DNA of 62,083 nt, filler included, from Asterionella formosa (GCA_002256025.1; 28 parts of 28 records of this genome joined end to end with filler, not necessarily neighbours in it), one strand, 5' to 3'; positions 48,584 to 60,345 are shown, counted from the whole stretch's first letter. A program made the numbers and translations. The notes: generated by a model from the letters alone, not told the origin.

Positions 48584-48895
48584 GAAAGTTAACTTCTGGG
48601 GCTATATGAAGATTACCTATGTACCGGTACTTAACTCTTCTTCAAACCCTGCCAACGTTGAGCTATCGTCGTCCAAAAATTCGACAATATCGGCCTTTTC
48701 AACGGTCACCCAAACGTCGGAATCAGAATCACTAATCGCCGAAACGTCATCATCGGAATGGTAGTCTTGTGCTAAAATTTGTAGTCGTAAAATCTNNNNN
48801 NNNNNNNNNNNNNNNNNNNNNNNNNNNNNNNNNNNNNNNTTAATTAATTAANNNNNNNNNNNNNNNNNNNNNNNNNNNNNNNNNNNNNNNNNNNN

Positions 48896-49477
48896 GAAGC
48901 TGTGTATTTGTTGCAATTGTCCGAGAAGCATGACGACATGAGCGACCTTCGTGACCGCTGTATCAAATCGTGTGCCATAGCATGGCATCGTACCCTGGTT
49001 TCACATGTGGAACATGCCCCTGACGATGATGATCCTTATGATATTATTTCAGCACCCCTCAAGGCAGTATTGTTGGAAAAGGCACTCCTTCAGGCACATG
49101 CTGATTTTTCCGATATTGAGAAATCAATGGATTCAGCAAGTGAGGCCGAATCTAAACTTTTAGCCTCCAAAGATGAACTCATTGCTGCCAGGGACAAGAA
49201 AATTATGGAGATGCAGTATGCTGCTTCACAGCAAATGGAGCAATACGCAAAATTGCAGGGTGAGCTAGCAAGATTCAAGCGGGTGCCCTGTGAGCATGAC
49301 TTTCCTAAGAAGAGGGATTGCACTTTTCACAAAGATGCTGCTGGTAGTAAGAAGACTCCATATGGCAAGACAAAACCATCCAAGATGCCAGTGCATAGCA
49401 CTGCCATTGATCTTGAAGGTTACCTCTTTGGGAGTGGCAGCAATTTATTGCCAGTGTACTACTACAAGGGCAGTTAA
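48896..49477 (+). CDS. Second copy (probable allele) of the 17832..18413 hypothetical protein
   Basis: Near-identical translation. Confidence 0.55.
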   Translation, partial: EAVYLLQLSEKHDDMSDLRDRCIKSCAIAWHRTLVSHVEHAPDDDDPYDIISAPLKAVLLEKALLQAHADFSDIEKSMDSASEAESKLLASKDELIAARDKKIMEMQYAASQQMEQYAKLQGELARFKRVPCEHDFPKKRDCTFHKDAAGSKKTPYGKTKPSKMPVHSTAIDLEGYLFGSGSNLLPVYYYKGS

Positions 49478-50733
49478 ATCACAGCTCCCTATTTTGTGTT
49501 GCTGTCCTCATACCGAATTCAAGCAAACACTTTGATAGCATGGCAATTCAAAATGAAAGGTGGAACATCAATGAGAATCAGGCAGAAAAGAAAAAAGAAA
49601 GTGAACAAAGTACTGGCTGTCTTGAGCAATTTTTTGTTACTATTGCATCATTTTGCAGCAACTCAAGTGCCAAGCAGCTTATTTTCAGGATGGATTACAT
49701 AGAAGATATACCATTTTCCTATGTGAAGGTTGGCTTACTCGAAAAAATGCATTTTTATTAGTTATTTAGATGTGAGTAAAACTTGCAATCACTAATTAAA
49801 TTATTAGCATCTAAATAAATTACTAGAAACCAATTTAACATTTCTTGTCATTGACAATTTAATGTGTTGTAATTCTTTTGGTCCTCATAGTCACTAGTAT
49901 ATAATTATTTAGTTATCATGTTGCAATTCTTTTGTACATTTAAAACACAAGAGAAGACAGGTTGTGGTTGTGAGCAGCTGGAGAATCCTTTATTATGTTG
50001 TTGCAACCTTGACCATGACGAAAATACAAATTATCTCCACGAAAAGTGAGAACGACGCTTTGCTACTTGTTATGGTACCTATATATTAAGAACGACATGG
50101 AAAATACAATCATAAAAGAAGTAAAGTATTTACACTAATAATGGCAACGAAAATTGAGATCACCAATAACAACATAAAGTCGCATTTTTCTTGAGAGGTG
50201 AAGAACTCCCTCATTTTTCACACCATGGAAATAATTGTCATTTAATTCATCTTAGAAAAATGTTTGCTATCCTCTAGAACTCATGAAATCTACTTATGTC
50301 TACCATCAGTATTAATTAGGGAAATCTCTTCGTTGTCCTGGCCTTTAGTAAAATCAGTCAAATTCAGTCACGGCAGTGTACATTGGGGGGTCCAGGACAA
50401 TGAAGTACTCCGAACACGGTACCAGGTTTGTCTCCGATGTACCAGGTACCTGGTACATAAGATAGTGTTTCTTGAATGCCCTTCGGCACAGGACTTTTCA
50501 TTCATCGGCGGTTTATACATAAATATATATGAATACGATATATATACCGGTATCACAGGAATTGTTTCAACTGCGTTTTCTTTCTTAAATTAGCTATCGT
50601 CTGTGTCCGTTTCTCCACATCTTTTGTCCCCATCATTAACTTCGGAAAGGCTTCCCTTCCTTGTAATCTCCCCCTCTTGTTATTCTACAAAAGAACACCT
50701 TCGTGTTAACTACATAGTAAGAACCCATCTGTC

Positions 50734-51010
50734 ATGTCCACTCAAGATTTCGCCTTCGTTTCCGGCACGGTCCTTGCAATATTGATTGCACTTCCAGTGT
50801 TTCGTGAACAGTCCTGGCGAATTGTCGAGACTTGGATTGGTCGTATCCAAAACGCGTTCTTATCTCCAGAGCAATCGAAAGAAGACGGTCCTGTGGTTTC
50901 TGCGTTGTACATTTACCCCGTCAAGTCCCTTCGCCGGGTTTCCTTGAGTATTGCAAACGTTGACAAGCTCGGCTTGGTTGGGGACCGTCGCTTCATGCTG
51001 GTCGTTCCTG
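50734..51010 (+). CDS. MOSC N-terminal protein (mARC-like), second copy / probable allele, 3' partial
   Basis: Differs from 19678.. by two amino acids. Confidence 0.88.
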
Positions 51011-51631
51011 NNNNNNNNNNNNNNNNNNNNNNNNNNNNNNNNNNNNNNNNNNNNTTAATTAATTAANNNNNNNNNNNNNNNNNNNNNNNNNNNNNNNNNN
51101 NNNNNNNNNNCGGTTGTCGTGTTGCGCAGGGGAAGCGTGAGGGAAACCAGCAAATATTCAAACGAATAAATGCAGTTTGACAATAACCAAAGTAAGACGC
51201 AAATCAATAACAGATTAGTCTAGTTTCAATTATATGTTTCATAATCATTGGGCATCGTCTGCAAAAACGCGCTAGCCTGTCTAACATGCACCAAACAGCA
51301 GCAAGACGAGCGAGAAGACCCTCATCATTCAGATATACCTGAATGTGGACTGAACACATCGCTCAAAAATCCTTGTTATTCCAATAGAAGAATCGCTACA
51401 ACGCAGCATGACTCGCCATCAACCAACTGCCAAAAGAGACCCAACCACATCCGCTTGGACCCAATCCGGCAGCAAGTTACAAATCGAATCGTCAATGCAA
51501 AAATGAAGGGGGGGGACCCGGAAACCCATCAGACATTTTAATACCACAGCCTCACCATCACACGTACGTCAAACATTGGAATACCCAATGGCACTGCACC
51601 CCTGGCACCAGGGAGCAAGGGCACATGAGAA

Positions 51632-52130
51632 ATGCATAATTCTCACACTTTCCTTTCCAATATAGAGTATCACCTGAAATACGTTGAATCAAATTGGCTG
51701 ACATCCTTGTGGAATGTCACCAACCACATAAAGGCAACAATCCACATTGAGGATGCCTGGGAACTACAACCACAACGGACATATGACAAGTGCATTATGG
51801 ACATTTTTCACAGCAAACATCTAAATCTGCAGCCCAAATAATTAAAGCAACTGAATGCATCTCGCTTGTTCCTACAGGTAATAACCGTTGCAGACCTAAC
51901 AGATGGCTCTGGCACCAAGATCATTGTGGACTATCTCCAGTGACAGTGTTGTCCTGATAGAACAAGCACGTTGGAATGGACTAAGAAGGACCGTCCTTCC
52001 CCCTTAGTATGGAGGTTATGAAGAAGATGCTTTTAAGATGCTTATGAACATCAAGTGCAATGCATAAACTTCGAAAACCGTTAGGACCATGGCTAACCCA
52101 AGCCTGTAAGCATCAAAAATGGAGTTTCCA
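51632..52130 (+). pseudogene. Non-LTR retrotransposon remnant (post-RT region)
   Basis: WLTSLW...QPQRTYDKCIMD...*LKQLNASRLFLQVITVADLTDGSG resembles the region downstream of RT in diatom LINEs. Contains stops. Confidence 0.6.
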
Positions 52131-53325
52131 TTTGGATGGGACAACTATAGATTTAATCTGACAAACAGAGGAAGGAATCTTTTTGGTTCATTCACAATGC
52201 AACTCAGCACAAGTTCACTCTCATACTTATAATGTGACTTTTACACAACCTCAACATTTAATTCCAGTTTCAATTCATAAAACTTCCACCAAGTATTATG
52301 AGATATCAGGATATCCCTGGACAGGCGGAGTTCCTCAAACCTTTTGACAATATTGTGGATCACAACAACGGCTGCTATCACAAACTCAACACTTCTCAAA
52401 CACCTCCAAATCTTTCCTGGAATAGGCGATGGGGGACTTTGTTCTTCCCAGGGACCTGGTTCTTTTCAGGGAAAACCTAGGTTCTGGCCATGTAGTCTTG
52501 GCCTCGGACGGCTCTTTAATTGCCAACTCGGAGAGTGCCTCTCACGGTTGGAAGTTATATGATTGCCGATCAAAAATACAGGCTTATGGGCAGAAGCTGT
52601 AGCACCCCCACACCCACAGGACCAGCAGATCAATTCAAATTCAAGTTCAAAGAAAAAATTTTCTTTTCCCATTGGAGGACTTTCTTGTACTCTTGAGGAA
52701 GTGTACAAGAAAATTTTTGACCTTGAACCAATTGTAAAATCTATGGGATGATTGATCGCTAGGATTCGAATCGTCAGAAACACATGGTATTCATTATGAG
52801 AATAAATATATACCCCATTATATTCATCTGCAGCTAGCTACTGTACTAACAATGAATGGTCATTTATTCTTTTTCGAGGAGGAACAGTCAAAATGTAGTT
52901 GAACAAAATTGGTGATTAGGAATACAAGGTGTTACAGGGAGAGGTAGGAGGTTGCAAGCATCTAAAAATATACAAAGGTATTAGGAATTTTAAGGAACCT
53001 CAAGTCCATGCATTGGCGTCGAACAATGGAAGAAACTACAGCCTGACTATTCGATGAGAATGGGGGATTTCAACTCCACTGAAGCGAAGATTTCTCTGCT
53101 GATTCCAATTTTTACATGTCCCATCCAGATAACACCTAGCCCATTGCTAAAAGCTTTCGGTACAAGAAAGCCATTTTGTCATGATATGCGATTACTTCAT
53201 TGATCTCAAGACCTGATAAAGCGTCNNNNNNNNNNNNNNNNNNNNNNNNNNNNNNNNNNNNNNNNNNNNTTAATTAATTAANNNNNNNNNNNNNNNNNNN
53301 NNNNNNNNNNNNNNNNNNNNNNNNN

Positions 53326-54068
53326 GGTGATGCGCCTTGTTCCATACATTCTGTCTCAAGATGAACAGCCAAGGCAAGGAGAACGCAATAGTCTTGCAAC
53401 ATGGATGCAATGAGTACCTGGTTTGGTGCCTCCCTCTCTTCTTTAGCGTTTTTTGTCCAACACAGCTTGGCCATCAGAGTGAAAGGAAATCGAAGATTCG
53501 CAGTTAGGTTTATTTTTGTTAATTGCACACAATCGTCAATTCGGCCGACCATGTGGAATTGAAAGGCACACAGTGCAGGCAACTGATACCGATGGATACT
53601 GTCCTTGAATGAATGAAGGATATGCATTGTATTGGAGAACTCTTGGGATTCTAGGGGTCGCCTTGCTTGTGATGGTTTCCCTTGTCTGCGCACTTCCTTC
53701 TTTTTTACTGCCTTGATGAGATTATTGACAGGCACAGACCTTGTTGGATTGCCACTGTGCATAATAGCATTCCAAGTGGAGAGTCGATTTGGCATAAAAT
53801 ACGACAATGCCTTTTTGTAGTATTCCAGGGAAGAAGACCGGCCATGTGTTGGATTGTCATCATTGTTTGGATCAGGACGGCCATAGACTTTCATAGCCAT
53901 CCATTTGTAGATATCCTCAGGTGTAACTTCCCCAAGTTCCTCTGGACTAAACTCGTAGCTTTTAGAATATTCTATGCCATCTCTGTATGACATCATAGCA
54001 ATTAGGACACTCTTGTAAACAGGGGATTGTGTAGGTTCATTTACTCTTCTTGTTGGCATTGTCACCAT
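53326..54068 (-). mobile_element. Crypton (CryptonS-like) tyrosine recombinase, 3' partial
   Basis: SLEYYKKALSYFMP, GNPTRS..VN.LIK, QGKPSQARRPL, catalytic-R segment QFHMVGRIDD, and WTKNAKEEREAPNQ. Confidence 0.78.
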
Positions 54069-54589
54069 GTTGATATTTAGTTTAATTTTTTACTTCAATC
54101 CCATTTCATACCATGTTGTATCGTGGTAGAATTTCTTGGACAATACCATGGCATACTGCAGGGTTCCATTGGTCCGTTGGTAGAATATTCTACCAAAATG
54201 TGAAAAAAAATTCTACCCCCAGTACTACTGGGTAGAATTTTTGCCTTTGTCTATACCATATTTTTCACCACGGTCAAGCAAGGGCGGGGTACCGGACAGT
54301 ATTGACCTGTCCAGAGTAGAACACTACCGGAGCCCTACAGAAAAATACTACTTTGGTAGAATTTCGTCAATAATGTCATGGTAGTAGTGAGAAGATACTC
54401 ACAACCAACAATGGGCATGGGCCATGACAGGTCATCTTGAATACCGGTAGGCTGTTTCTTCATAAGATAGTCGTATTAATACGGGGATGTAGAGTACATA
54501 CTGTATATATTTATGATCCATAATGTCCCATTCATGATAAACGATGTCCAATTATTCTTGCTGGTGGTTTCTCATGTGCCGGTTCTAGA

Positions 54590-54940
54590 TGTAGTACCTG
54601 GTACCAGGTACTGTAAATACCCACTACGTAGTTCTATGTACCCCTTGTACCAGGTATCTGGTACTACCACCGGTAGACTATGCCGTTGAGTTCGCATTGG
54701 TTGTAATAATTTGTATTCCCTTGTTGTTAGGTACCGGTACCAGGTACCGGTATTTATGATCATAATGGTACCTGGTACCAGGTACCCCGGAAATCCGGTA
54801 CCAGTGGTACTAGGTACTCCAGTATACTATAAGTAAACGCCGTACAATACCAGGTACCAGTACTGGTATGTACCATTTGGGTAAACTCTACTGTACAGTA
54901 CCTGGTACCAGGTTCCATCCTGTGCTTTAAGTACCAGTAT
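54590..54940. repeat. Dense array of TACC(W)GGTA / GGTACC palindromic micro-repeats
   Basis: Example: TACCGGTACCAGGTACCGGTA at 54732-54752. Similar arrays occur at 1965-2130 and 6090-6200. Confidence 0.85.
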
Positions 54941-55121
54941 GGGGTCTACTTTATTAAATATCACATCAATATTCCTGCCCAATTTTTACATGCGAATAAA
55001 CGACCGGTGTAAATACAACTCTTGCTTTGCTTATCCTTCCTTGTTTCAGCATTTCTGTTTTAGAATTATTGTGTTAGCTGATCGAGCGGATCGTTCATCC
55101 ATTCCAGCAATCGTTGCAAGC

Positions 55122-55431
55122 ATGTGGAAGCCAATAGTCATCGGTCTCCTCTTGCCTCGGTTGACGTTCTCTCGTCAAGTCAATCGAAACTTGCGAATCC
55201 TCAACGACAGCAGAGCCCGCGTGGAATTGTACTGGATCCACCCAACGACAAAAGCGCTCTCTCTGTTGACAACGCCTTTTATTTACGACGGAGCAACGTT
55301 TCCGCTGCAGACGTATGTTGGCCATGAGTTTGAAGTCCGTGAACTCGCTAACGCCAAGACTGGGGAATGCTACGGTGGAGAGCAGACCTGCAAGATTGGG
55401 CACTTCGCCATTTCAGAAAATGACGATCAAG
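55122..55431 (+). CDS. First exon of a secreted protein with a VHL-beta-like domain
   Basis: Signal-like MWKPIVIGLLLP, then N.S...VELYWI...QTYVGHEFEVRE. A GTAAGT donor follows at 55432. Confidence 0.6.
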
Positions 55432-55540
55432 GTAAGTCACNNNNNNNNNNNNNNNNNNNNNNNNNNNNNNNNNNNNNNNNNNNNTTAATTAATTAANNNN
55501 NNNNNNNNNNNNNNNNNNNNNNNNNNNNNNNNNNNNNNNN

Positions 55541-56001
55541 ATCTTTAGTGTTTTTTGAATTTTATTTTGTAAGTTATCACCAATTGAATTACATCCGAGA
55601 TCAATTGTAGTCAAGACAGTATTGACCTTGAGAGCCTCTGCAATGGCCATGGCTCCGTCAACACCAATTGAATTATATCTGAGATCAAGTGTAGTCAAGA
55701 CAGTATTGTCCTTGAGAGTCTCAGCAATGGCCTTGGCTCCGTCATCACCAATTGAATTCACAAAGAGATCAAGTGTAGTCAAGACAGTATTGACCTTGAG
55801 TGCCTCTGCAATGGCCTTGGCTCCGTCAGCACCAATTGAATTATCATGGAGATTAAGTGTAGACAAGACAGTATTGACCTTGAGAGCCTCTGCAATGGCC
55901 TTGGCTCCATCAACACCAATAAAATTATATCGGAGATAAAGTTCAGTCAAACTTGGATCATTCGCTTTCAACCGTTTGACATCTTCTTCCCATCTAGGCA
56001 T
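55541..56001 (-). CDS. RNI-like (28-aa, NLRC3-type) leucine-rich-repeat protein, 3' partial
   Basis: LKANDPSLTEL cap followed by 84-bp tandem units LxLxxNSIGxDGAKAIAEALKVNTVLTT. Confidence 0.9.
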
Positions 56002-56155
56002 TGTCAATGTCGTTGTCTGTACGTTCAGGTACAGCGCAGTCTGGGCGCCAGTATAAATAGCCGGTACAAATACATTGTAAACACAGTCCACAGCTACTTG
56101 GTACGGGTGTATTGTTGTTACATTGGGGTACATACATGTTGTACATAATGGTATA

Positions 56156-56904
56156 CCTAATACAACATAGGACTAACTTCCAGTCTATATCAAGATTTAG
56201 GGAACCTCTCGTCTATCAATATTGTTTGATGCAGTTTTTGGGTTCATGGTAAGAACAGAAACTCTGAGGAGCTGGTTATGAAAGGAGAACATTTACAAAT
56301 GGATTTCAATTCTTGCCAAGTCCACAACACCAGAAGGTATAATGAAAATTGTTCCATTGAGGAAGCAATATTTGTTTGTCATGCATACTAAAACAAGGAG
56401 ACAAGATTTGTGTAGAAAAATATGCACTGTAAGCCACCGCTATGCAACAATCTTAATGACTTTAAAAAAATTAGATCTTCATGGTTTTATACACTCCTGA
56501 ATCGAAACTGATTTCTTATTCGTAGAAAAGAGTGCATCGTGTAACATACACTTCGTACTTGCATCAGGTTTCGATTGTTATATTACTTGAATATTTTTTA
56601 GTCGGAAGATGGAGTAAAATAACGGTGGCTTACAGTTTTTAAGTGGTTCCTAATACAACATAGGAGTATCTACCAGTCTATATCAAGATTTAGGGAACCT
56701 CTCATCTATCAAGATGTTTGATGCAGTTTTTGGGTTCATGGTAAGAACAGAAACTCGGAGGAGCTGGTTAAGAAAGGAGAACATTTACAAATGGATTTCA
56801 ATTCTTGCCAAGTCCGCAACCCCAGAAGGTATAATGAAAATTGTTCCATTGAGGAAGCAATATTTGTTTGTCATGCATACTAGTAAAACAAGGAGACAAG
56901 ATTT
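56156..56904 (+). repeat. ~255-bp direct duplication (56156-56410 / 56649-56904) flanking a ~238-bp insert with 14-bp inverted repeats
   Basis: Direct alignment of the two copies. Inverted repeat ACTGTAAGCCACCG (56426-56439) / CGGTGGCTTACAGT (56623-56636). Confidence 0.85.
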
Positions 56905-57229
56905 GATCAAATCAAAACATTTGAAAAAGTATTTGTTAATAGTGCAACAACTGGAAAGAAGTGGAAGCCAGAAGCAACTTGTATTCCAAAATACAAATTA
57001 AATACAAATAATTTTCTCCACAATTGGCAGCATCACAAGAAAAAACAACTACTATGCATTATACATTGGATCCGCTAATTGATGCATTCCACATGCTACA
57101 AAGAGACCTGCTCCAGGGTCCAGCCTTGGACCTCCAATCAACTATCTTGTCCAACAGATTCTTGTCAGTGATGCTGCTTCATTTGAAGTAGCCAGTAATT
57201 GTTTTACTCTTATTACCATTGAGCTCCAA

Positions 57230-57445
57230 GTGAATAATATTTTCAACATGGATGAGACTTTCATTCTTGTCTACCCTGGTAAAGACAAGGTACTTTTACA
57301 AAAAGGTCCTTGGTTTCAGTTGAAAAAGACAAAAAGCGAGTCACACTGGCAGTCACAGCTAGTCTTCTTTCTTCACAACTTCTTCCCACCATTCATCATT
57401 GATACTGGATCATTTGGAGCAGATCTGATGACCTCTTGGAGCTAG
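57230..57445 (+). pseudogene. pogo/DDE_1 transposase remnant
   Basis: NIFNMDETF and PPFII.TG motifs. Confidence 0.55.
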
Positions 57446-57757
57446 TTATTTTCAACAAATCAAATTTATGACTTAATATTCTTTTTTAATTGGAAGAGAC
57501 AAGAGAAGGGACACAGTAGAGGACAAATGATAGCCATACAAAGTTACAATATTGGGGTGTTGGAACCTCTTTAATGCCTGAAACAGTATGATAGTAGAAT
57601 GAGAAACATAAAGACTTGAAATGAAATGCAATATTTGATACCATAAATGAGCTCANNNNNNNNNNNNNNNNNNNNNNNNNNNNNNNNNNNNNNNNNNNNT
57701 TAATTAATTAANNNNNNNNNNNNNNNNNNNNNNNNNNNNNNNNNNNNNNNNNNNNTC

Positions 57758-58087
57758 GAAATCGATCTAACGACGTTGGAAATCACCGAGCTGCGCACCT
57801 TGGCCCGCGAACAAGCTGGCAAAGGCCCCGGTCCGGAGTCTTCGATCCTGAAGATCAAAGGCACCGAGATCCAACAGCGCTTGACTGAACTCGCCATGGA
57901 AGCGGTTGGCAATTATGCCGCCCCTTACGTGCGCGGCTTCCGCGACGAGGGCGACAATATGGGCGTTGGCCCTGATTACGCCCACTGGACCTCGCCGAAC
58001 TATTTCAACATGCGCAAAACCTCCATCTATGGCGGTTCCAACGAAATCCAGCGCAATATCATCGCAAAGATGGTGTTGGGGCTGTAA
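57758..58087 (+). CDS. Bacterial acyl-CoA dehydrogenase C-terminus (pimeloyl-CoA dehydrogenase-like), 5' partial
   Basis: ESSILKIKGTEIQQRLTEL...YFNMRKTSIYGGSNEIQRNIIAKMVLGL, with GC-rich bacterial codon usage. Confidence 0.93.
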   Translation, partial: EIDLTTLEITELRTLAREQAGKGPGPESSILKIKGTEIQQRLTELAMEAVGNYAAPYVRGFRDEGDNMGVGPDYAHWTSPNYFNMRKTSIYGGSNEIQRNIIAKMVLGL

Positions 58088-58106
58088 GCTTTCACTCTTC
58101 TTTGAG

Positions 58107-58144
58107 AAACAAAGGCCAGAGCTTACGCTCTGGCCTTTTTGTTT
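58107..58144 (+). terminator. Rho-independent terminator
   Basis: AAAGGCCAGAGC-TTAC-GCTCTGGCCTTT followed by TTGTTT, about 20 bp after the stop. Confidence 0.85.
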
Positions 58145-58482
58145 GTGCCCGAGACAAGCGATGCGCTCTGCGCAGGAGGGGGCGGTTTGGTAGGGCGTCA
58201 CCACCTGTGTCGCTGTAGTTTTGGAAATAGTTCTTTTCACTTAGACAGCCTTTGTCGCAGGCTGTGCCTACGCAAAGGCCGTGCTCGAGTTTGAGCGCGC
58301 AAGATGAGGCGTCAAGGGGCGCGCCGATGGCGCGTCGGCGAAGCCGATTTCACCCCTTGACCCCCCAGCTTGCGCAGAGAGAATTGTCGGGCGGCTTCAA
58401 GGCAAGCGGAGCGACGCATTGAGCCGTTCCAAGTCATTTGGCCAATGCCCTACATGAACAAGCTCAGGAATTGCATGGCTTT

Positions 58483-58510
58483 GGTGCATTCCTATCGGAA
58501 CGCACCCTAC
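58483..58510 (-). repeat. GTAG-family REP-like palindrome
   Basis: The minus strand reads GTAG-GGTGCGTTCC-GATA-GGAATGCACC. Confidence 0.65.
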
Positions 58511-58523
58511 GCCGCGAAGCGCG

Positions 58524-59426
58524 CTACTGCGGCCGTGCTGCCAAAGCGAGGATGCAAAGCCCAAACTCCACCTTTGGAAATCGCTGGTAGTATTCGTTCC
58601 AGCCAATGGGCTCCTTCGGTGCTGGGTATGGGTTCAGGTCAGTCATTAGCTCAGGGGCATCGTAGTGGGGTCCTTGCATTAACTCTAAGGTGCCAGCAAG
58701 AGACAGACATAACAATGTTGATTGTAAGGTAAATTTTGATGATATGACGGGCGAAGCCGTATCGAATTCACCCGACTTCTCATCATCGTCGCGAAGGTCA
58801 AATGATTTCGCTAAAAATGTTGGATGAGAAACCAGCCCTGCGACCCGTTCGATCTGATCAAGGTTCGATCCATCATTGGCTATTCCTAGCCACGGTATGT
58901 TAAGTTCTTTCGTCCGTTTTTCTACAAAAGTTCTAAGCCTGCCACGACTAATGTGTTGGTGCCAGAATCTGTTGGCAGCCTCTGGCGTCTTGGCACCTGA
59001 ATACTCGGTCCGAACAGCGGGCTCCAAAAGGATTTTGCATTTCAGAAGCGACAATTCATAGAGGTTTCGCAGAAGCATTCGCGCGTCAACGTCGAGACCG
59101 CGGCCGCAAAGTACGCGAATGGCCAACGCCATTCGTTTCGCGCGAACGGCAAACATGTAATCGAGGACCGCCTCTTTGTCGGCAGCAATGGCCGTAAAGT
59201 AGTATATGGCACGGTAACGCGCCAAAAAGATCGCTTCATTCAAGAGGCTGAAGTAGGAGCCGATTTCACTCTCTTCGGCCTCATCGTTTATCTCATACCG
59301 AAGCGCATCCCCCGGAAGTCCGTTGCTCAACTCCATGCCACTCATATCATAGACACCCGACACTGCCTTCAGCAAAATGGCTGCGCGGTCCTCTGGTTCG
59401 CTAGTCATGTGGGAAAGCTGCCGCAT
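58524..59426 (-). CDS. Bacterial hypothetical protein, DUF5677/HEPN-like helical domain
   Basis: Long ORF with likely start at ATG 59426 or 59408. Contains AIRVL..RG..DARMLLRNLYE and a later LVSHP. Confidence 0.55.
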   Translation of the reverse strand: MRQLSHMTSEPEDRAAILLKAVSGVYDMSGMELSNGLPGDALRYEINDEAEESEIGSYFSLLNEAIFLARYRAIYYFTAIAADKEAVLDYMFAVRAKRMALAIRVLCGRGLDVDARMLLRNLYELSLLKCKILLEPAVRTEYSGAKTPEAANRFWHQHISRGRLRTFVEKRTKELNIPWLGIANDGSNLDQIERVAGLVSHPTFLAKSFDLRDDDEKSGEFDTASPVISSKFTLQSTLLCLSLAGTLELMQGPHYDAPELMTDLNPYPAPKEPIGWNEYYQRFPKVEFGLCILALAARPQ

Positions 59427-59778
59427 CGATATAACATGACGATGAAGTATAATTAGTGCTTCGCTCGAATCAAGCTGGTCGCCAATCCAGAGGTTAAGCC
59501 TGGCGGCAGCTATGTGGTTTGGCCTCGCGAACACGAAGACAAGTTCGCCTTGGGCTGAAAGCACCACTGCAACTGAGTTCGGACAGTCGACCTTAAGGTT
59601 CTGCTGCTGGCTCGCTGTAAACCAGTCCACCCCTATCAACCAGCAAAAGGCACTCTGATCGAATGGCGCGTACGCAAAAAAAGACCAGCCAAACAAGCCA
59701 GTGCCGCGCTCACAAACTTGAGACCCGTTTAAACCCTGAAACGCCAGCGCTTTAGCGGCCCAGCACACAAAGGCAAAA

Positions 59779-59869
59779 TGTCAGACGGTCTATAAGCCGG
59801 GTTTTGTCCAAGGGTTTGACCCCTCTGTGCGACCATTCATCTGGGACCTTGCTCGCGCAAGGCCTCTTG
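59779..59869 (-). ncRNA. rnpB: RNase P RNA (bacterial type A) 3' end, alphaproteobacterial
   Basis: The minus strand reads ...CCCAGATGAATGGTCGC...GACAAAACCCGGCTTATAGACCGTCTGAC, the conserved rnpB 3' motif. Cut by the contig end. Confidence 0.92.
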
Positions 59870-60345
59870 NNNNNNNNNNNNNNNNNNNNNNNNNNNNNNN
59901 NNNNNNNNNNNNNTTAATTAATTAANNNNNNNNNNNNNNNNNNNNNNNNNNNNNNNNNNNNNNNNNNNNAAATGCGCCATTGGCTATTTCAATTTTCGTT
60001 GTCCATATTAGTGTTATTACAAACCATTCTTTTATGATTATTTTTTCTTTATCGTCCTTAATATATGTACCTAATAGCAAAGCGTCATTCTTAAAATAAT
60101 TGCATCTCAGCAAATTGCAGGAATTGAACTACCGTAAAACCTGGTGTCTCGTATCCCACAGATACCTGTACCCCCCTTTGTACATCTGGCGCAACACTCC
60201 CAACTATTTCCTGTGTACAGAAAAAATAACACAACATAAACGTATTCTATTTATTGTTATGTATTTTCGTATATTACCGGTACCCTACTGTTTCCGGTAA
60301 AGTATCATCACCTGTAAAATATCGTCACATATACCGGTTGGCAAC

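Noticed and set aside
52298..53225. Short ORFs as genes
   Set aside because: No interpretable motifs; probably decayed repeats.
54590..54940. Cloning or restriction artefact (KpnI/AgeI sites) or Dcm CCWGG methylation sites
   Set aside because: Motifs occur as in-place insertions with collinear flanks, some shared between copies and some mutated, which ligation artefacts would not produce. Read-level confirmation is still needed.
59427..59768. N-terminal 114 aa of the 414-aa ORF
   Set aside because: It has a non-ATG start abutting the rnpB 3' end and non-protein-like composition, so it is probably an open intergenic extension.
57756..59869. Horizontal transfer of bacterial genes into the diatom
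   Set aside because: The whole contig is bacterial with no junction to eukaryotic DNA, so co-assembled contaminant or associate is more likely.
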